Below are positions 9,561-19,344 of a stretch of DNA of 64,000 bases, one piece after another. The DNA comes from a virus. The stretch spans positions 1-64,000 of the IMG/VR virus record IMGVR_UViG_3300023184_000029, one strand, 5' to 3'. The position numbers and the translations under genes are program-made. Positions within the stretch are counted from its first letter, which is position 1. The number at the start of each line of letters is the position of its first letter. The notes under the pieces were generated by a model. That model worked only from the letters and a program-made list of their open reading frames with translations, was not told the origin of the DNA and made no database searches.

Positions 9561-9994
9561 ATTGTATTTTCTATTTCTTCTAGATAAGCATATACATTAC
9601 TATTTATGGTTCTCATAACAACCGAATCTTCAAAAGCTTTGCCTACAGATATTCTAAATCTATATCTAGTAAAAACATCTAATGATTCTACCCCTTCTGC
9701 TTTTTCTATTAAGTATGCTACTTGTTTGGTTATATCAAAATTTGTATGTCCAAGCCAAAAATTAAAAATCTTTCCGCTAGCTGTGTTTTCATTTATAGGT
9801 ATAATTCCCATTGGTGTTGCTATTACTTTTATATTCTTTTTATTAAGCAGAAGTGGCTCTTGGCTATGGTCTATTAGTTCTCCTTCTTCATTTGTATTTT
9901 CTTCACCTTCTCTAGTGCTCTCTGAAAATAAATTATCTATATCATCTATACCAAAGGGGTCTGTCCATTTTTGCCATATTATGAGATTTGTCAT
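9557..9994 (-). CDS. Hypothetical protein
   Basis: 145 aa ORF overlapping clpP start (ATGA). Confidence 0.75.
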   Translation of the reverse strand: MTNLIIWQKWTDPFGIDDIDNLFSESTREGEENTNEEGELIDHSQEPLLLNKKNIKVIATPMGIIPINENTASGKIFNFWLGHTNFDITKQVAYLIEKAEGVESLDVFTRYRFRISVGKAFEDSVVMRTINSNVYAYLEEIENTI

Positions 9995-10076
9995 ATTTTT
10001 TTATATAAAAGAGAAAATGGATCTTACTAGGGTTATAGTAAGTCCAAAAAAGATCAAATCCACAGAAACAAGCATC

Positions 10077-10505
10077 TTATTTAAAAACTTCTGTTGGACG
10101 AATCATTGGTTGGCCACTAATCTTTTTAATGGCCTTCTTTTGATTTTCTTTATGTATTATTTCCCAGAAAAATAGAATATTATCAATAAATAATTGATCT
10201 TTTTCATCCTTGGTTTTTTTAGCATTCTTTTTTAAGAGGCCAAAAATATTATCTGTTAAAGAACCGTCGTTAATATAACATAAAAATTCTGCATATTTTT
10301 CTGCGGTTAAAGTCATCTCATCCAGCGATTGACTACTAATATCTGGTAATTTACACAACACATCTATATCTTGTTTATCGGTAAGATGAAAAGTGATACT
10401 GCCAGTGTAAGCTTCTATATCATTAGATTCTTTTGGTTTTTTATATCCATCATTGATATTAAAGAAGTTTAATAATTTTTTGTAGATTTGTAAAAATAAT
10501 TTCAT
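10077..10505 (-). CDS. Hypothetical protein
   Basis: 142 aa ORF in operon. Confidence 0.7.
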   Translation of the reverse strand: MKLFLQIYKKLLNFFNINDGYKKPKESNDIEAYTGSITFHLTDKQDIDVLCKLPDISSQSLDEMTLTAEKYAEFLCYINDGSLTDNIFGLLKKNAKKTKDEKDQLFIDNILFFWEIIHKENQKKAIKKISGQPMIRPTEVFK

Positions 10506-10806
10506 TTGGATAATAGGGTAAAAGAAAAGAGTTTTTAATCTTTGTGTTGAAAGGAGGAACGCAATAGTAAACTATATGTAATTTATTTCCAATAATCTCA
10601 GCATCAGAAATTTTAAATACCACATAATCAGAGGATAAATCTACATATTTTATAAACAAATTAGATAATTCATCATTTATATTAGTTTTATCATCTAGTA
10701 GGATATTAGGAACAGATATTTGTTTTTTATCTATTGATAATATATCATATTTAGATGTTTCTTGATTGAAAATTAAGATATATAAATTAAGAACTGCATT
10801 TATCAT
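10459..10806 (-). CDS. Hypothetical protein
   Basis: 115 aa ORF in operon. Confidence 0.65.
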   Translation of the reverse strand: MINAVLNLYILIFNQETSKYDILSIDKKQISVPNILLDDKTNINDELSNLFIKYVDLSSDYVVFKISDAEIIGNKLHIVYYCVPPFNTKIKNSFLLPYYPNEIIFTNLQKIIKLL

Positions 10807-11377
10807 AAGCTTTTATAAGATCCAGCCCTCTCTTTATATTTTGTCTAACTGCTTCCCGAGAAATACCAAACTCCTTACCTATTTCCGATAGTGTTTTATC
10901 TTCAAAATAGTACATTCTAATTTGTGTTTTTTGTTTTACTGATAAGCTATCATTATCTAACAAATCTTTGATAGTTTGTTCTAGATTTGCTAGTCTTTCT
11001 TTTTCTATCAAAAAATCTAAAGGAGACTCGGCACTAGTATCTTCTAACATTTCACTTAATGTTTGATCGTTATCATTATTGTAATCAAGACTAAAATTCT
11101 TTTTCTTCTTATATCTTGTAGTGATATAGGTTTTTATAGCCCAAATAGCACACTGATTTCTATAAGAGTATAAGGTTTTCTTTAGTCCTGTTTTACCCGA
11201 TCTATCGCTATCGTATCTCCAATCTGCATACATAAGAGAAGTAGCAACATCCGATATTGCTTCTTCATTTTTTAACATTTCTGTAGAAAGTCCATTATAG
11301 AATTTCGGGGCAAATTTAGATATTGTCTTTTTTGCCAATGCTATATATGTAGGCAGAGAATCAAACCTTTTTTCCAT
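10787..11377 (-). CDS. Sigma70-family RNA polymerase sigma factor
   Basis: Region 2-like YSYRNQCAIWAIKTYI; region 4 HTH KTLSEIGKEFGISREAVRQNIKRGL. Confidence 0.85.
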   Translation of the reverse strand: MEKRFDSLPTYIALAKKTISKFAPKFYNGLSTEMLKNEEAISDVATSLMYADWRYDSDRSGKTGLKKTLYSYRNQCAIWAIKTYITTRYKKKKNFSLDYNNDNDQTLSEMLEDTSAESPLDFLIEKERLANLEQTIKDLLDNDSLSVKQKTQIRMYYFEDKTLSEIGKEFGISREAVRQNIKRGLDLIKAYDKCSS

Positions 11378-11433
11378 TGTTAGTCCTTATTAAATAATTA
11401 GTACGATCTCAAAACGTCCCGATAGAACAACTA

Positions 11434-11856
11434 CTAAGACTTTTTGCTATCTTTTGTTAATTTTTTCCATGCTTCAGGATCTGGCCTATCCTTGTCTCCG
11501 GGCTTGGCGGGCTTATATTTTTTTCCTTCCTTTTCTTTTTTCTTTCGAATATTTTCCCAAAGACCGGGTTTTGATGATCCTTCTGATATATCGTCAGAAT
11601 CAGAGACGTACATGACAAAATCATGAATGGTTCTCATGTAATCCTCTGTAATAGCAATTTTACCCTGTAACCAGCTCTCTGTCAAGTTTTCTTTTACCGA
11701 TGGGTTCTCAAGGGCTTCGAGAATCTCCTGACTATGTTTCATAATAGCTCTTAACGAGCCTGTACTCATATCATAGAAATCCTGTTTGTATTCTTTGATG
11801 TCTTGTTCCGATAGGGCTTTCTGGATAGAGTCTAGTATATCATATGATCTGTTCAT
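11434..11856 (-). CDS. Hypothetical phage protein with basic C-terminus
   Basis: SWLQGKI...DY segment plus GLWENIRKK basic tail. Confidence 0.7.
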   Translation of the reverse strand: MNRSYDILDSIQKALSEQDIKEYKQDFYDMSTGSLRAIMKHSQEILEALENPSVKENLTESWLQGKIAITEDYMRTIHDFVMYVSDSDDISEGSSKPGLWENIRKKKEKEGKKYKPAKPGDKDRPDPEAWKKLTKDSKKS

Positions 11857-12497
11857 AGTATTTTCTCTTTTAGTTTATTAAATAAAAATGTTGATAATAT
11901 TATTGAGGCGTTATTGTCCGAAGGATAATGCACTCCTTGTAAAACTCTTGCTTTGGCTGTCTTGTATACTAAATCATCGAGTTGGTTGGTTTTTATTAGA
12001 GGATAAGTTTCTTTAAGTATCAAAGCTACTAATTTGCTATACACCGTATGTCCAGAAGGATATGAAGCAGTGTGATGAGTGTCTGTTACTAGTACATCTA
12101 TATTTAAGTCATAATATGGGGCTAGTTGTGCTGGTCTTGGTCTGTTCCATAATCCTTTGATATTTAATAATATAGGCTCTATGATTGTATAAAACTCATT
12201 AATTTTATCAACAGGATAATTTATATTATATTTATCAAGCAAATCAATAAATATATCATCTAAATTTTGATCTATATTATATACTATTTCTATATCAGTT
12301 TTGTTCCTACTAATAGAAGCATTATATACTACTTTTAATTCTTCCAATGTTTTTTTACTAGTATTAGCTGGAGGAGGAGGAATTATCTCTTTCCAGTTAA
12401 AATCCACAATGTCAGGAACAGGTTGTTCTGTATAAACACTATCATAACCTAGATTCTCTATTTTTTTATATTTTAATAGAGCATTTAAGTTTATCAT
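11853..12497 (-). CDS. PAP2 / vanadium-haloperoxidase superfamily phosphatase
   Basis: K...RPRP, SYPSGH, RVLQGVHYPSD motifs. Confidence 0.85.
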   Translation of the reverse strand: MINLNALLKYKKIENLGYDSVYTEQPVPDIVDFNWKEIIPPPPANTSKKTLEELKVVYNASISRNKTDIEIVYNIDQNLDDIFIDLLDKYNINYPVDKINEFYTIIEPILLNIKGLWNRPRPAQLAPYYDLNIDVLVTDTHHTASYPSGHTVYSKLVALILKETYPLIKTNQLDDLVYKTAKARVLQGVHYPSDNNASIILSTFLFNKLKEKIL

Positions 12498-13072
12498 ACT
12501 TGAATACTTAAGAAGTTATCTAAGCCCATTTGTTCTATAAGTTTGAGATAACCTTCATACAATACAATGCCATCCTCACTTCCTTGCAACAGAGGAATCA
12601 TAATATTAGCAGTTAGTTCGTCTCCGACAGCTCTGGCTGCTACTATTGTTGCTCTTTCTGCTGCCGAAGCTTCTTTAACAGAATTTAGATTATATTGGAT
12701 TAATCCCAGCATATCATGGCGACTCCATGCCGGAGGACTAACCATTAAAGGTTGATAATCAGCATCAAAAAACTCTAATCTTTGCAGATTAATCATAGCG
12801 TGTTTATGTTCTTCTTCGGCATCGGCTTTAATAGCTTCTGCTAGTTTTTTATAGCCCCATCTTTCTAGATGTATAGCTTGAGCTGATAATACTGTGGTTT
12901 GTTGCCAGTGAATATTCAAAGATTTTTTGAGTAATTCAATAACATTTTCATTAGTGTATCCTTCTACGCTTTGAGCTACGGATTCTTGTGCTGATTCTGT
13001 ATTCATTGGTTCTACTTTTCCTTCTTGTGCTTCTAATAGTTCAGAAATTGGTTTTATCATTTTATTCACCAT
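12494..13072 (-). CDS. Ferritin/bacterioferritin-like protein
   Basis: HLERWGYKKLAE...EEHKHA...RLEFFD four-helix-bundle pattern; some diiron ligands look degenerate. Confidence 0.75.
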   Translation of the reverse strand: MVNKMIKPISELLEAQEGKVEPMNTESAQESVAQSVEGYTNENVIELLKKSLNIHWQQTTVLSAQAIHLERWGYKKLAEAIKADAEEEHKHAMINLQRLEFFDADYQPLMVSPPAWSRHDMLGLIQYNLNSVKEASAAERATIVAARAVGDELTANIMIPLLQGSEDGIVLYEGYLKLIEQMGLDNFLSIQV

Positions 13073-13623
13073 GACTTACAAGCCCAATATCGGGCTTTAT
13101 ATTTGGGACCAGGACTATCACATCTCATTCTTGCTCTAAAACTTTTTCTACGGGCTGGAATATCTTTTTTTATTTCCATATTAGGATCGCCAAACCTTAC
13201 AATAACAACTTTTCCGCTGTCATTTTTTACATAAACAGCAAACTTTTTTGGACCATCTGGAGTTCTAAATGGTTTGTTAAGCGTTACTTTTCTTCCTTGG
13301 TATTCTGATGCTGTGATATGAGAAACGTCGTAAGTTTCTAGTTCCTCTCCAACATCAATATAGTCTTGGTCATTTGGGATAAATAGATTTGATAGTGTCA
13401 ATTCTTCCGTTTCCCCACATTCTTCACAGTCAAAAGCTATTAAAAACCCTAGAGTTTCCAGGAATTGATTAAATATTGATCCTTTTGTTTTTTTTGTTTG
13501 ACCAAGACAAACGGCCACTCTTTGTTTGTTGTCTGGATAATCCTTCTTCATCACATCATCTCCCATACAACGGGAAACAAATTTTTGACTATCTTCATTT
13601 TTTTCTGGTTTTGGAATTGGCAT
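13066..13623 (-). CDS. Conserved-looking phage hypothetical protein
   Basis: C-terminal LNKPFRTPDGPKKFAVYVK...VRFGDPNM...ARYWACKSW; GGAG RBS. Confidence 0.7.
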   Translation of the reverse strand: MPIPKPEKNEDSQKFVSRCMGDDVMKKDYPDNKQRVAVCLGQTKKTKGSIFNQFLETLGFLIAFDCEECGETEELTLSNLFIPNDQDYIDVGEELETYDVSHITASEYQGRKVTLNKPFRTPDGPKKFAVYVKNDSGKVVIVRFGDPNMEIKKDIPARRKSFRARMRCDSPGPKYKARYWACKSW

Positions 13624-13642
13624 AAATAGTATCTCCTTGATA

Positions 13643-14692
13643 TTAATTTATACACCCTGAAATTATATCGGCTGAGTTTTTCCAAGAATATATTTGAGCC
13701 GTTTTTAAGCCATTTTCATTAGTACTAATTCTGTTTTTGTAGACATGTCTCATATAATCTATAGTTTGATCTATTTGTTTTTTTTCTATTTTAGCCCAAT
13801 TTCCTTGTCCTTGAAAAGCTTTTCCGTCGTATGCTTCTTCTGTGCTGTCAATATCAATAAGATAGCAATTATCACTATTACAGAATTCAGTATGTGCAGA
13901 ATAATTTGTAGCTATAGCGGGTTTATTCATCGCCATAGTTTCAAGAAGCTCCATATTCCATCCCTCTGCTCTGCTGATATATAATCCACAATCACTTTGA
14001 GATATTATATCTGCAATATCTATATGAGTATTTACTCCCGGTATTACTTTTATATTAGGATAATAATATAATTTTTTCCACTTAGCTATCTCTTCACTAT
14101 TAGAGTAACTATTAGTATTTTCTGACGCAAGAATCCATAGTTCTACGTCTTTTTCGTTCGGGAAAGCTTGTTTAAAAATTTGTGGTAAAATATCATGACT
14201 TTTTCTAATTTCCCATTTTCCTATGGTTAGAAAAATATAATTATTATTTATTTTAGGTTTTGGTTTAAAAACATCAGTATCAACACCCAATGGAACAACA
14301 CTGGTCGGGGTTTTGATACCATTTTTGTATATTATAGACTGCGCCCATTTGCTAGATACAAAGAGAGTATCTGGTATGCTCATATGTTTTTTTTCTATAT
14401 TATTAAAAGTATCCAGCTCAAAAAATGGATAAGCATAATATGCTCCTTTGCCAATATGACTAGCCAAATCAAATTGATGCCAAATTTTTAATAACGGAGC
14501 ATGAATATCGAATGATTGCTGTTTTTCATATACATTTTTAATTATATCGAAATCTAGCTGATTGGTTACTCCGGGTTCTCCAATAGGGAAATATGATACG
14601 TTATATTTTTTATTTAATTCTTTGAGTATATTCAAAGATGCTATACCGTATCCTGTTTGATTGATTGGACAATTTATATTAAGATTTTTCAT
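13643..14692 (-). CDS. GT-B glycosyltransferase (GT4-like)
   Basis: VVPLGVD, GKWEIRK, SRAEGWNMELLETMAMNKPAIATNYS. Confidence 0.85.
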   Translation of the reverse strand: MKNLNINCPINQTGYGIASLNILKELNKKYNVSYFPIGEPGVTNQLDFDIIKNVYEKQQSFDIHAPLLKIWHQFDLASHIGKGAYYAYPFFELDTFNNIEKKHMSIPDTLFVSSKWAQSIIYKNGIKTPTSVVPLGVDTDVFKPKPKINNNYIFLTIGKWEIRKSHDILPQIFKQAFPNEKDVELWILASENTNSYSNSEEIAKWKKLYYYPNIKVIPGVNTHIDIADIISQSDCGLYISRAEGWNMELLETMAMNKPAIATNYSAHTEFCNSDNCYLIDIDSTEEAYDGKAFQGQGNWAKIEKKQIDQTIDYMRHVYKNRISTNENGLKTAQIYSWKNSADIISGCIN

Positions 14693-15749
14693 ATATTCTA
14701 TTATGGGTGTCGTTGACTAGTATAAATGTTGTTTTTTTACCAAAATCTTTAATTTTAGAAGCTCCGATATATGTGCAAGCGCTTCTTATTCCTCCAAATA
14801 TATCTTTGAGAACTTCCGATACTGGTCCCTTATAGGGAACCTTAACACATTTTCCTTCACTGGTTCTATAGTGAGCCACTCCGTTATTATGCTTGTGCAT
14901 AGCTTCTTGAGAACTCATACCGTAGAATTTTAATGATACTTTTCTTTTTTCTGTTTGTTCGTATTCCCACTCTCCCTCGCACTCGTCAGTGCCTGCAAAA
15001 AATCCACCACACATTACAAAATCAGAATTACAACCAAAAGCTTTGCATATGTCTCCAACACTTTTACATCCCCCATCAGCACAAATGTGTCCACCAAGAC
15101 CATGTGCGGCATCAGAACACTCCATTATAGCAGATGCTTGAGGGTAGCCTACTCCAGTTTTTAATCTGGTGGTGCAGACAGAGCCTGGGCCTATACCTAT
15201 TTTAGCAATATCTATTTTTCCATGTAATAATAGTTCTTCTACCATTTCTGGTGTTACAACATTACCCGCCATAATAATAATATCTTCATAAAGTTTTCTA
15301 ATATGAGCGACAGTTTTTACAAACTTCTCACTGTACCCATTTGCAACGTCCACACAAATATTTGGTAATTCATCTCCTCTATCTCTAAGATTATTAAAAA
15401 TATGTGTTAGTTTCTCAATATCATTAGTGGTAGTTCCTGTGGAATAAAATGCTAAATTTCTATATGGTATATCTTTATTGGAATAAAAATTAATTAACTG
15501 TTCATTCGAGTAGTGCTTATGTAATGCTACTATGGCTTCTTGATTACATACCTCTTTTACCATAGCAAATGTTCCTGTAGTATCCATATTAGCAACCATA
15601 ATTGGTACGGCAGAAATTTTTCTAGGAGAATGTAAAAAATGGAAATCTCTGACAACAGACACTTCTGATCTGCTAGATAAATTAGATCTTTTTGGTTTTA
15701 TTAGGATATCGTCAAAATCTAATTTTATATCGGTTATAATTTTTTGCAT
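14679..15749 (-). CDS. guaC: GMP reductase
   Basis: ANMDTTGT, CVDVANGYS, KIGIGPGSVCTTRLKTGVGYPQ, FYGMSS, YRTSEG. Confidence 0.95.
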   Translation of the reverse strand: MQKIITDIKLDFDDILIKPKRSNLSSRSEVSVVRDFHFLHSPRKISAVPIMVANMDTTGTFAMVKEVCNQEAIVALHKHYSNEQLINFYSNKDIPYRNLAFYSTGTTTNDIEKLTHIFNNLRDRGDELPNICVDVANGYSEKFVKTVAHIRKLYEDIIIMAGNVVTPEMVEELLLHGKIDIAKIGIGPGSVCTTRLKTGVGYPQASAIMECSDAAHGLGGHICADGGCKSVGDICKAFGCNSDFVMCGGFFAGTDECEGEWEYEQTEKRKVSLKFYGMSSQEAMHKHNNGVAHYRTSEGKCVKVPYKGPVSEVLKDIFGGIRSACTYIGASKIKDFGKKTTFILVNDTHNRIYEKS

Positions 15750-15757
15750 TCTACTTC

Positions 15758-16213
15758 CTATTTGGGTATATTAATTTTATTCTTATCATTAAAATACTGA
15801 TTTCCATAACTAACAAAAATTTCTTCACCTATTGCTATATCTTCTACACATATAACATCAGCAAATAATTGAGTATAATTAAATTTCCATATAGCATTTG
15901 GTTTATCCTGATGATTGTATAGCATACCGTATCCTAAAACCATATGTAATAGAAAACCATGAGTCTGACAATCTTTACATGGACAAGGAGGTTGAGCATA
16001 CATGTAATTAAAAATTTGAGGATCTAATTGGTATTTAGATCGATATTCCATTAATATTAATGGACATCTTTCTATAAGCTCATTTTTACCAATATTTTCG
16101 GTGGCAAAAACGCCCCTGCCATGAATCTTAGAATCGCCAACTATAATAGAAGTGTGCTGAATATAATTTAATTTTCTAGGATCATCTGGTCTTGTTTTAT
16201 GTTCAAGATTCAT
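15758..16213 (-). CDS. SET-domain protein
   Basis: IHGRGVFA, LYNHQDKPN, GEEIFVSYG. Confidence 0.9.
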   Translation of the reverse strand: MNLEHKTRPDDPRKLNYIQHTSIIVGDSKIHGRGVFATENIGKNELIERCPLILMEYRSKYQLDPQIFNYMYAQPPCPCKDCQTHGFLLHMVLGYGMLYNHQDKPNAIWKFNYTQLFADVICVEDIAIGEEIFVSYGNQYFNDKNKINIPK

Positions 16214-16455
16214 AGTATTTCTTTTAGAAAAGTATCTGTATCATAGCATGTAAAATTTTTATTCCATCCAGACTCACTTATACAAATTTTTATACTAGTT
16301 AAAAGCCCTTTACCTGAGTATAATTTAAGTCCATCAACTATCGCTGTATAGTGGTTCTCTCTTTGTATAATATATTTTATTTGTCCAGATTTTACATAAT
16401 ATTTTGGCATTAATTCTCTAAACGTTAAAAAATTGCCATCTTTTGTACGATTCAA
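16210..16455 (-). CDS. Hypothetical protein
   Basis: 81 aa ORF in operon. Confidence 0.55.
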   Translation of the reverse strand: MNRTKDGNFLTFRELMPKYYVKSGQIKYIIQRENHYTAIVDGLKLYSGKGLLTSIKICISESGWNKNFTCYDTDTFLKEIL

Positions 16456-16948
16456 TATTTTCGTCTTTGTTTATGTGTATAAGGTATGATTTTAGATCGT
16501 CCCATCTTGAAAAAATCATCTGGTGAGGAACTGTTCCAAAAATCCAATCAGGAGCATTATTTTTCCCTTGTTCCATATGTATAAGAATAGGTTTTTTGCA
16601 TCTATTAGCAGTAAAAATTTCTTCGTATGTACCACAAGGATGTATATCTAAATTCAGATTAACTATTAAAAAATCACTAATATCAACAAGTCTTAAATCT
16701 ACTCTACGAATAACTTTCATCATTTCTGATAGTTCTTCGTATCTCTCTTGATGTTTTAGTTTTACCTTGACATTATGAGAGTCTTGGTCTTCTAGACCTG
16801 TTGATGTGGGTTTAGTAATAGGATTGAATACTATAATGCCCATTTCTTCTAAAAATGGAGTTATATTATCCCTCCATGTTGTGCCTCTGTCTGGTACTCT
16901 ATCCATAGCACCAGCTAAATAAACTCGTTGATTCCTAAGTCTCTGCAT
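16418..16948 (-). CDS. Nucleoside 2'-deoxyribosyltransferase-like protein
   Basis: VYLAGAM, FNP, DLRLVDISDFLIV, GTYEE. Confidence 0.75.
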   Translation of the reverse strand: MQRLRNQRVYLAGAMDRVPDRGTTWRDNITPFLEEMGIIVFNPITKPTSTGLEDQDSHNVKVKLKHQERYEELSEMMKVIRRVDLRLVDISDFLIVNLNLDIHPCGTYEEIFTANRCKKPILIHMEQGKNNAPDWIFGTVPHQMIFSRWDDLKSYLIHINKDENIESYKRWQFFNV

Positions 16949-17119
16949 ATATTTTATTAAAACCTATCAATAAACAAAAAAGTAAAAAGATTTTTAGAGG
17001 GTCTTACTCCTTTTTCTGGATGCTTAGAAATACTATACTCATTCTTGATAGCTGTATAAATTCCAAGAAAAATTGAAATACAAAAACAAAAAGCTAAAAT
17101 ATAATTAAAATCATTCATA

Positions 17120-17674
17120 TTATTTTTTAAAAACCAGTAAAGTGTTCTTAACCCATTTTGCCTTGGTGATACTTCTCAAATATAGAGATATATTTTCATC
17201 ATATATAAAACCTCTTTTACAAATATGATTAATCCAATATTCTGGTGGTTGTTCATTTACATGATGATATCCTCCCTGTCCAGGGGTAGCGTGGGTCATA
17301 TATATGGTATTAGCATAATCAAATGTAGATAGAAAATTCTCTATAAACTGTTCATATACATGCTCAACAAACTCACAACACCATATAGCATCAAATTTTT
17401 TTTCTGGAATAAATGGCCCTTTTGTATAATCGTGTAAAATAATTTTATCTTTAATTGGACTACTATTGATAGCGTTTTGTCCACCCTCAATACCCAAAAC
17501 ATCAATTCCTTTGTTATAGAAATATTTAGTAGAATGTCCTTCTCCACATCCTATGTCTAGTAATGATTTTATCCCGCTATCTATCATCTCGTCCCATATC
17601 TCGGTAGCAGAAGTATTGATATCTCCTCCGCAAATATATCCTCCAAGATGGTCAGATTTCTCCACCCCAAACAT
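17120..17674 (-). CDS. Class I SAM-dependent methyltransferase
   Basis: LLDIGCGEG motif I; FDAIWCCEFVEH; HHVNEQPPEYW. Confidence 0.85.
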   Translation of the reverse strand: MFGVEKSDHLGGYICGGDINTSATEIWDEMIDSGIKSLLDIGCGEGHSTKYFYNKGIDVLGIEGGQNAINSSPIKDKIILHDYTKGPFIPEKKFDAIWCCEFVEHVYEQFIENFLSTFDYANTIYMTHATPGQGGYHHVNEQPPEYWINHICKRGFIYDENISLYLRSITKAKWVKNTLLVFKK

Positions 17675-17716
17675 TCGTTCCTCGTTATTTTTATATTATT
17701 GTGTGCGTATCTACAT

Positions 17717-17745
17717 ACTATAGCACAGAGAAGTGTTCGGGTCAA
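17717..17745 (-). promoter_or_regulatory. Sigma70-type promoter
   Basis: TTGACC-17 bp-TATAGT. Confidence 0.55.
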
Positions 17746-17765
17746 GGCCATTGTACAATCGTAGG

Positions 17766-18395
17766 CTATCTTAGCAAAGATTTAATAGAGCCTTGCTCAG
17801 ATCTTTGTAATATATGAGGATAACTCCAACAACTTTTTAATTGAAAATTATCTATTGTATAATTCCATTGCCAATCTGATGGGGCTTTGATATCTCTATA
17901 ATAGTTTAGAACTTTTTTACAAATATCTGAATGTATAACATAACAATGGGACGCTCTTGATTTAGTTTCTGATGAAGAATGAACGGCTATATCTAGTGTA
18001 TCATCAGGTACTATATGTAAAGTGTCAATAGAACCTATCCATAATATATCTCCTTTGATATTCTCAAATTTTTCTAAGAATATTGGTAATAATTCTTTTA
18101 ACAAAAAATCAGGATTTGAGATATCGTCTTCAAAAATTACTCCATAGTTATTAATCTTTATTATTTCTTCTAAAGCTTTAACGTGTTTTAAGCATAGAGA
18201 AATTTCTTGTTTATTTAGTTTTCCAGTTCTGTCTGCGGCGTGTTCACATTCTACAGTCGGATAATTAATAACCTCATAGCTTTCTGGCAAATAATCTTCT
18301 ATCCATTTTACAGATATTTTTTGTTCATTAAATAAATCTATAAGATATTTTTTTCTTTCTGTAGCAGGGGAGTGGTGAAGACAATAATAGTTCAT
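17766..18395 (-). CDS. GT25-family glycosyltransferase
   Basis: YCLHH...ERK, SLCLKH, VIFEDD, HCYVI. Confidence 0.75.
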   Translation of the reverse strand: MNYYCLHHSPATERKKYLIDLFNEQKISVKWIEDYLPESYEVINYPTVECEHAADRTGKLNKQEISLCLKHVKALEEIIKINNYGVIFEDDISNPDFLLKELLPIFLEKFENIKGDILWIGSIDTLHIVPDDTLDIAVHSSSETKSRASHCYVIHSDICKKVLNYYRDIKAPSDWQWNYTIDNFQLKSCWSYPHILQRSEQGSIKSLLR

Positions 18396-18397
18396 AT

Positions 18398-18943
18398 TTA
18401 AATAAGATTTATGATGCTACTGTATATCTTTTCTGGAGGTATAGTATTAATTAAATCAAATGGATCTTCATGTGTGAAAGTAGGTTTAACTTTACTAAAA
18501 TCTGGTTCTATAATAGTAATATCTTTATTTTTAGAGAAATACGGCTTACTATTGTTGGCATAATGGGCATATATAGAGACTATTTTCTTCTGATAGTGTG
18601 AAGCTAGGTGAACAGGTAAGCTATCAAAACCAACATGCATAGACGAGTGTTTGATAAGATAGGCCAGAGAATTATATGTGGTTTTACCAAGATATGAAAT
18701 ATTGATATTTTGTCTATGGTCAGAAATACCACCTATCTGGATAAGTTCATAATCAAATTTAGCATTTTGTCTAAGTAGATTTATAACTTTATCCCAAGAT
18801 CTATATTGTCTTCCGGCTCCTTTAGGATTATATGTATGAAAAGTGATATATTTTTTTGTAGGCAGCTCTAGAGGTTCTTCGTGGATAAATGGTTTATTTA
18901 TTTGACAACCGGATACTATAGCATAAGTTTCTATTAAATGCAT
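18398..18943 (-). CDS. GT9 (heptosyltransferase)-like C-terminal domain protein
   Basis: LIQIGG, LAYLIKHSSMHVGFDSLPVHLAS. Confidence 0.75.
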   Translation of the reverse strand: MHLIETYAIVSGCQINKPFIHEEPLELPTKKYITFHTYNPKGAGRQYRSWDKVINLLRQNAKFDYELIQIGGISDHRQNINISYLGKTTYNSLAYLIKHSSMHVGFDSLPVHLASHYQKKIVSIYAHYANNSKPYFSKNKDITIIEPDFSKVKPTFTHEDPFDLINTIPPEKIYSSIINLI

Positions 18944-19344
18944 TAGAAATTATTCCCTTTTAAATTAAACATTATTTTGCCTATGCCATTGTGTAGATAT
19001 GCTATATGTCTTTGTGTTAAAATTGAAACCATAATAGATATATCAAATAATCCTTTCCATTCTCCGCTGCCTTCCATATATGCTTGATTTTCCATAATAG
19101 GTAAATAAGATATAGTTTTATATATATAAGGATTATTTTTTAGAATATTTTTATATTCGGGTTTGCAAGCAAAATATATATTAAAATTAGGATAAGCTTG
19201 CGATAAACTACTTAATAAACTAGTAGATAAGAAAATATCACCAGCACTTTCAGGTAAGCAAAATAATATTCTTTGGTGTTTATTATTATCTATTTCGTTA
19301 GCAATTATCTGTAATTGATTTATAATTTCTTGATGAGAGTTCAT
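18943..19344 (-). CDS. GT9-like N-terminal domain protein
   Basis: SAGDIFLSTSLLSSLSQAYP...ACKPEYKNILKNNPYI. Confidence 0.7.
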   Translation of the reverse strand: MNSHQEIINQLQIIANEIDNNKHQRILFCLPESAGDIFLSTSLLSSLSQAYPNFNIYFACKPEYKNILKNNPYIYKTISYLPIMENQAYMEGSGEWKGLFDISIMVSILTQRHIAYLHNGIGKIMFNLKGNNF

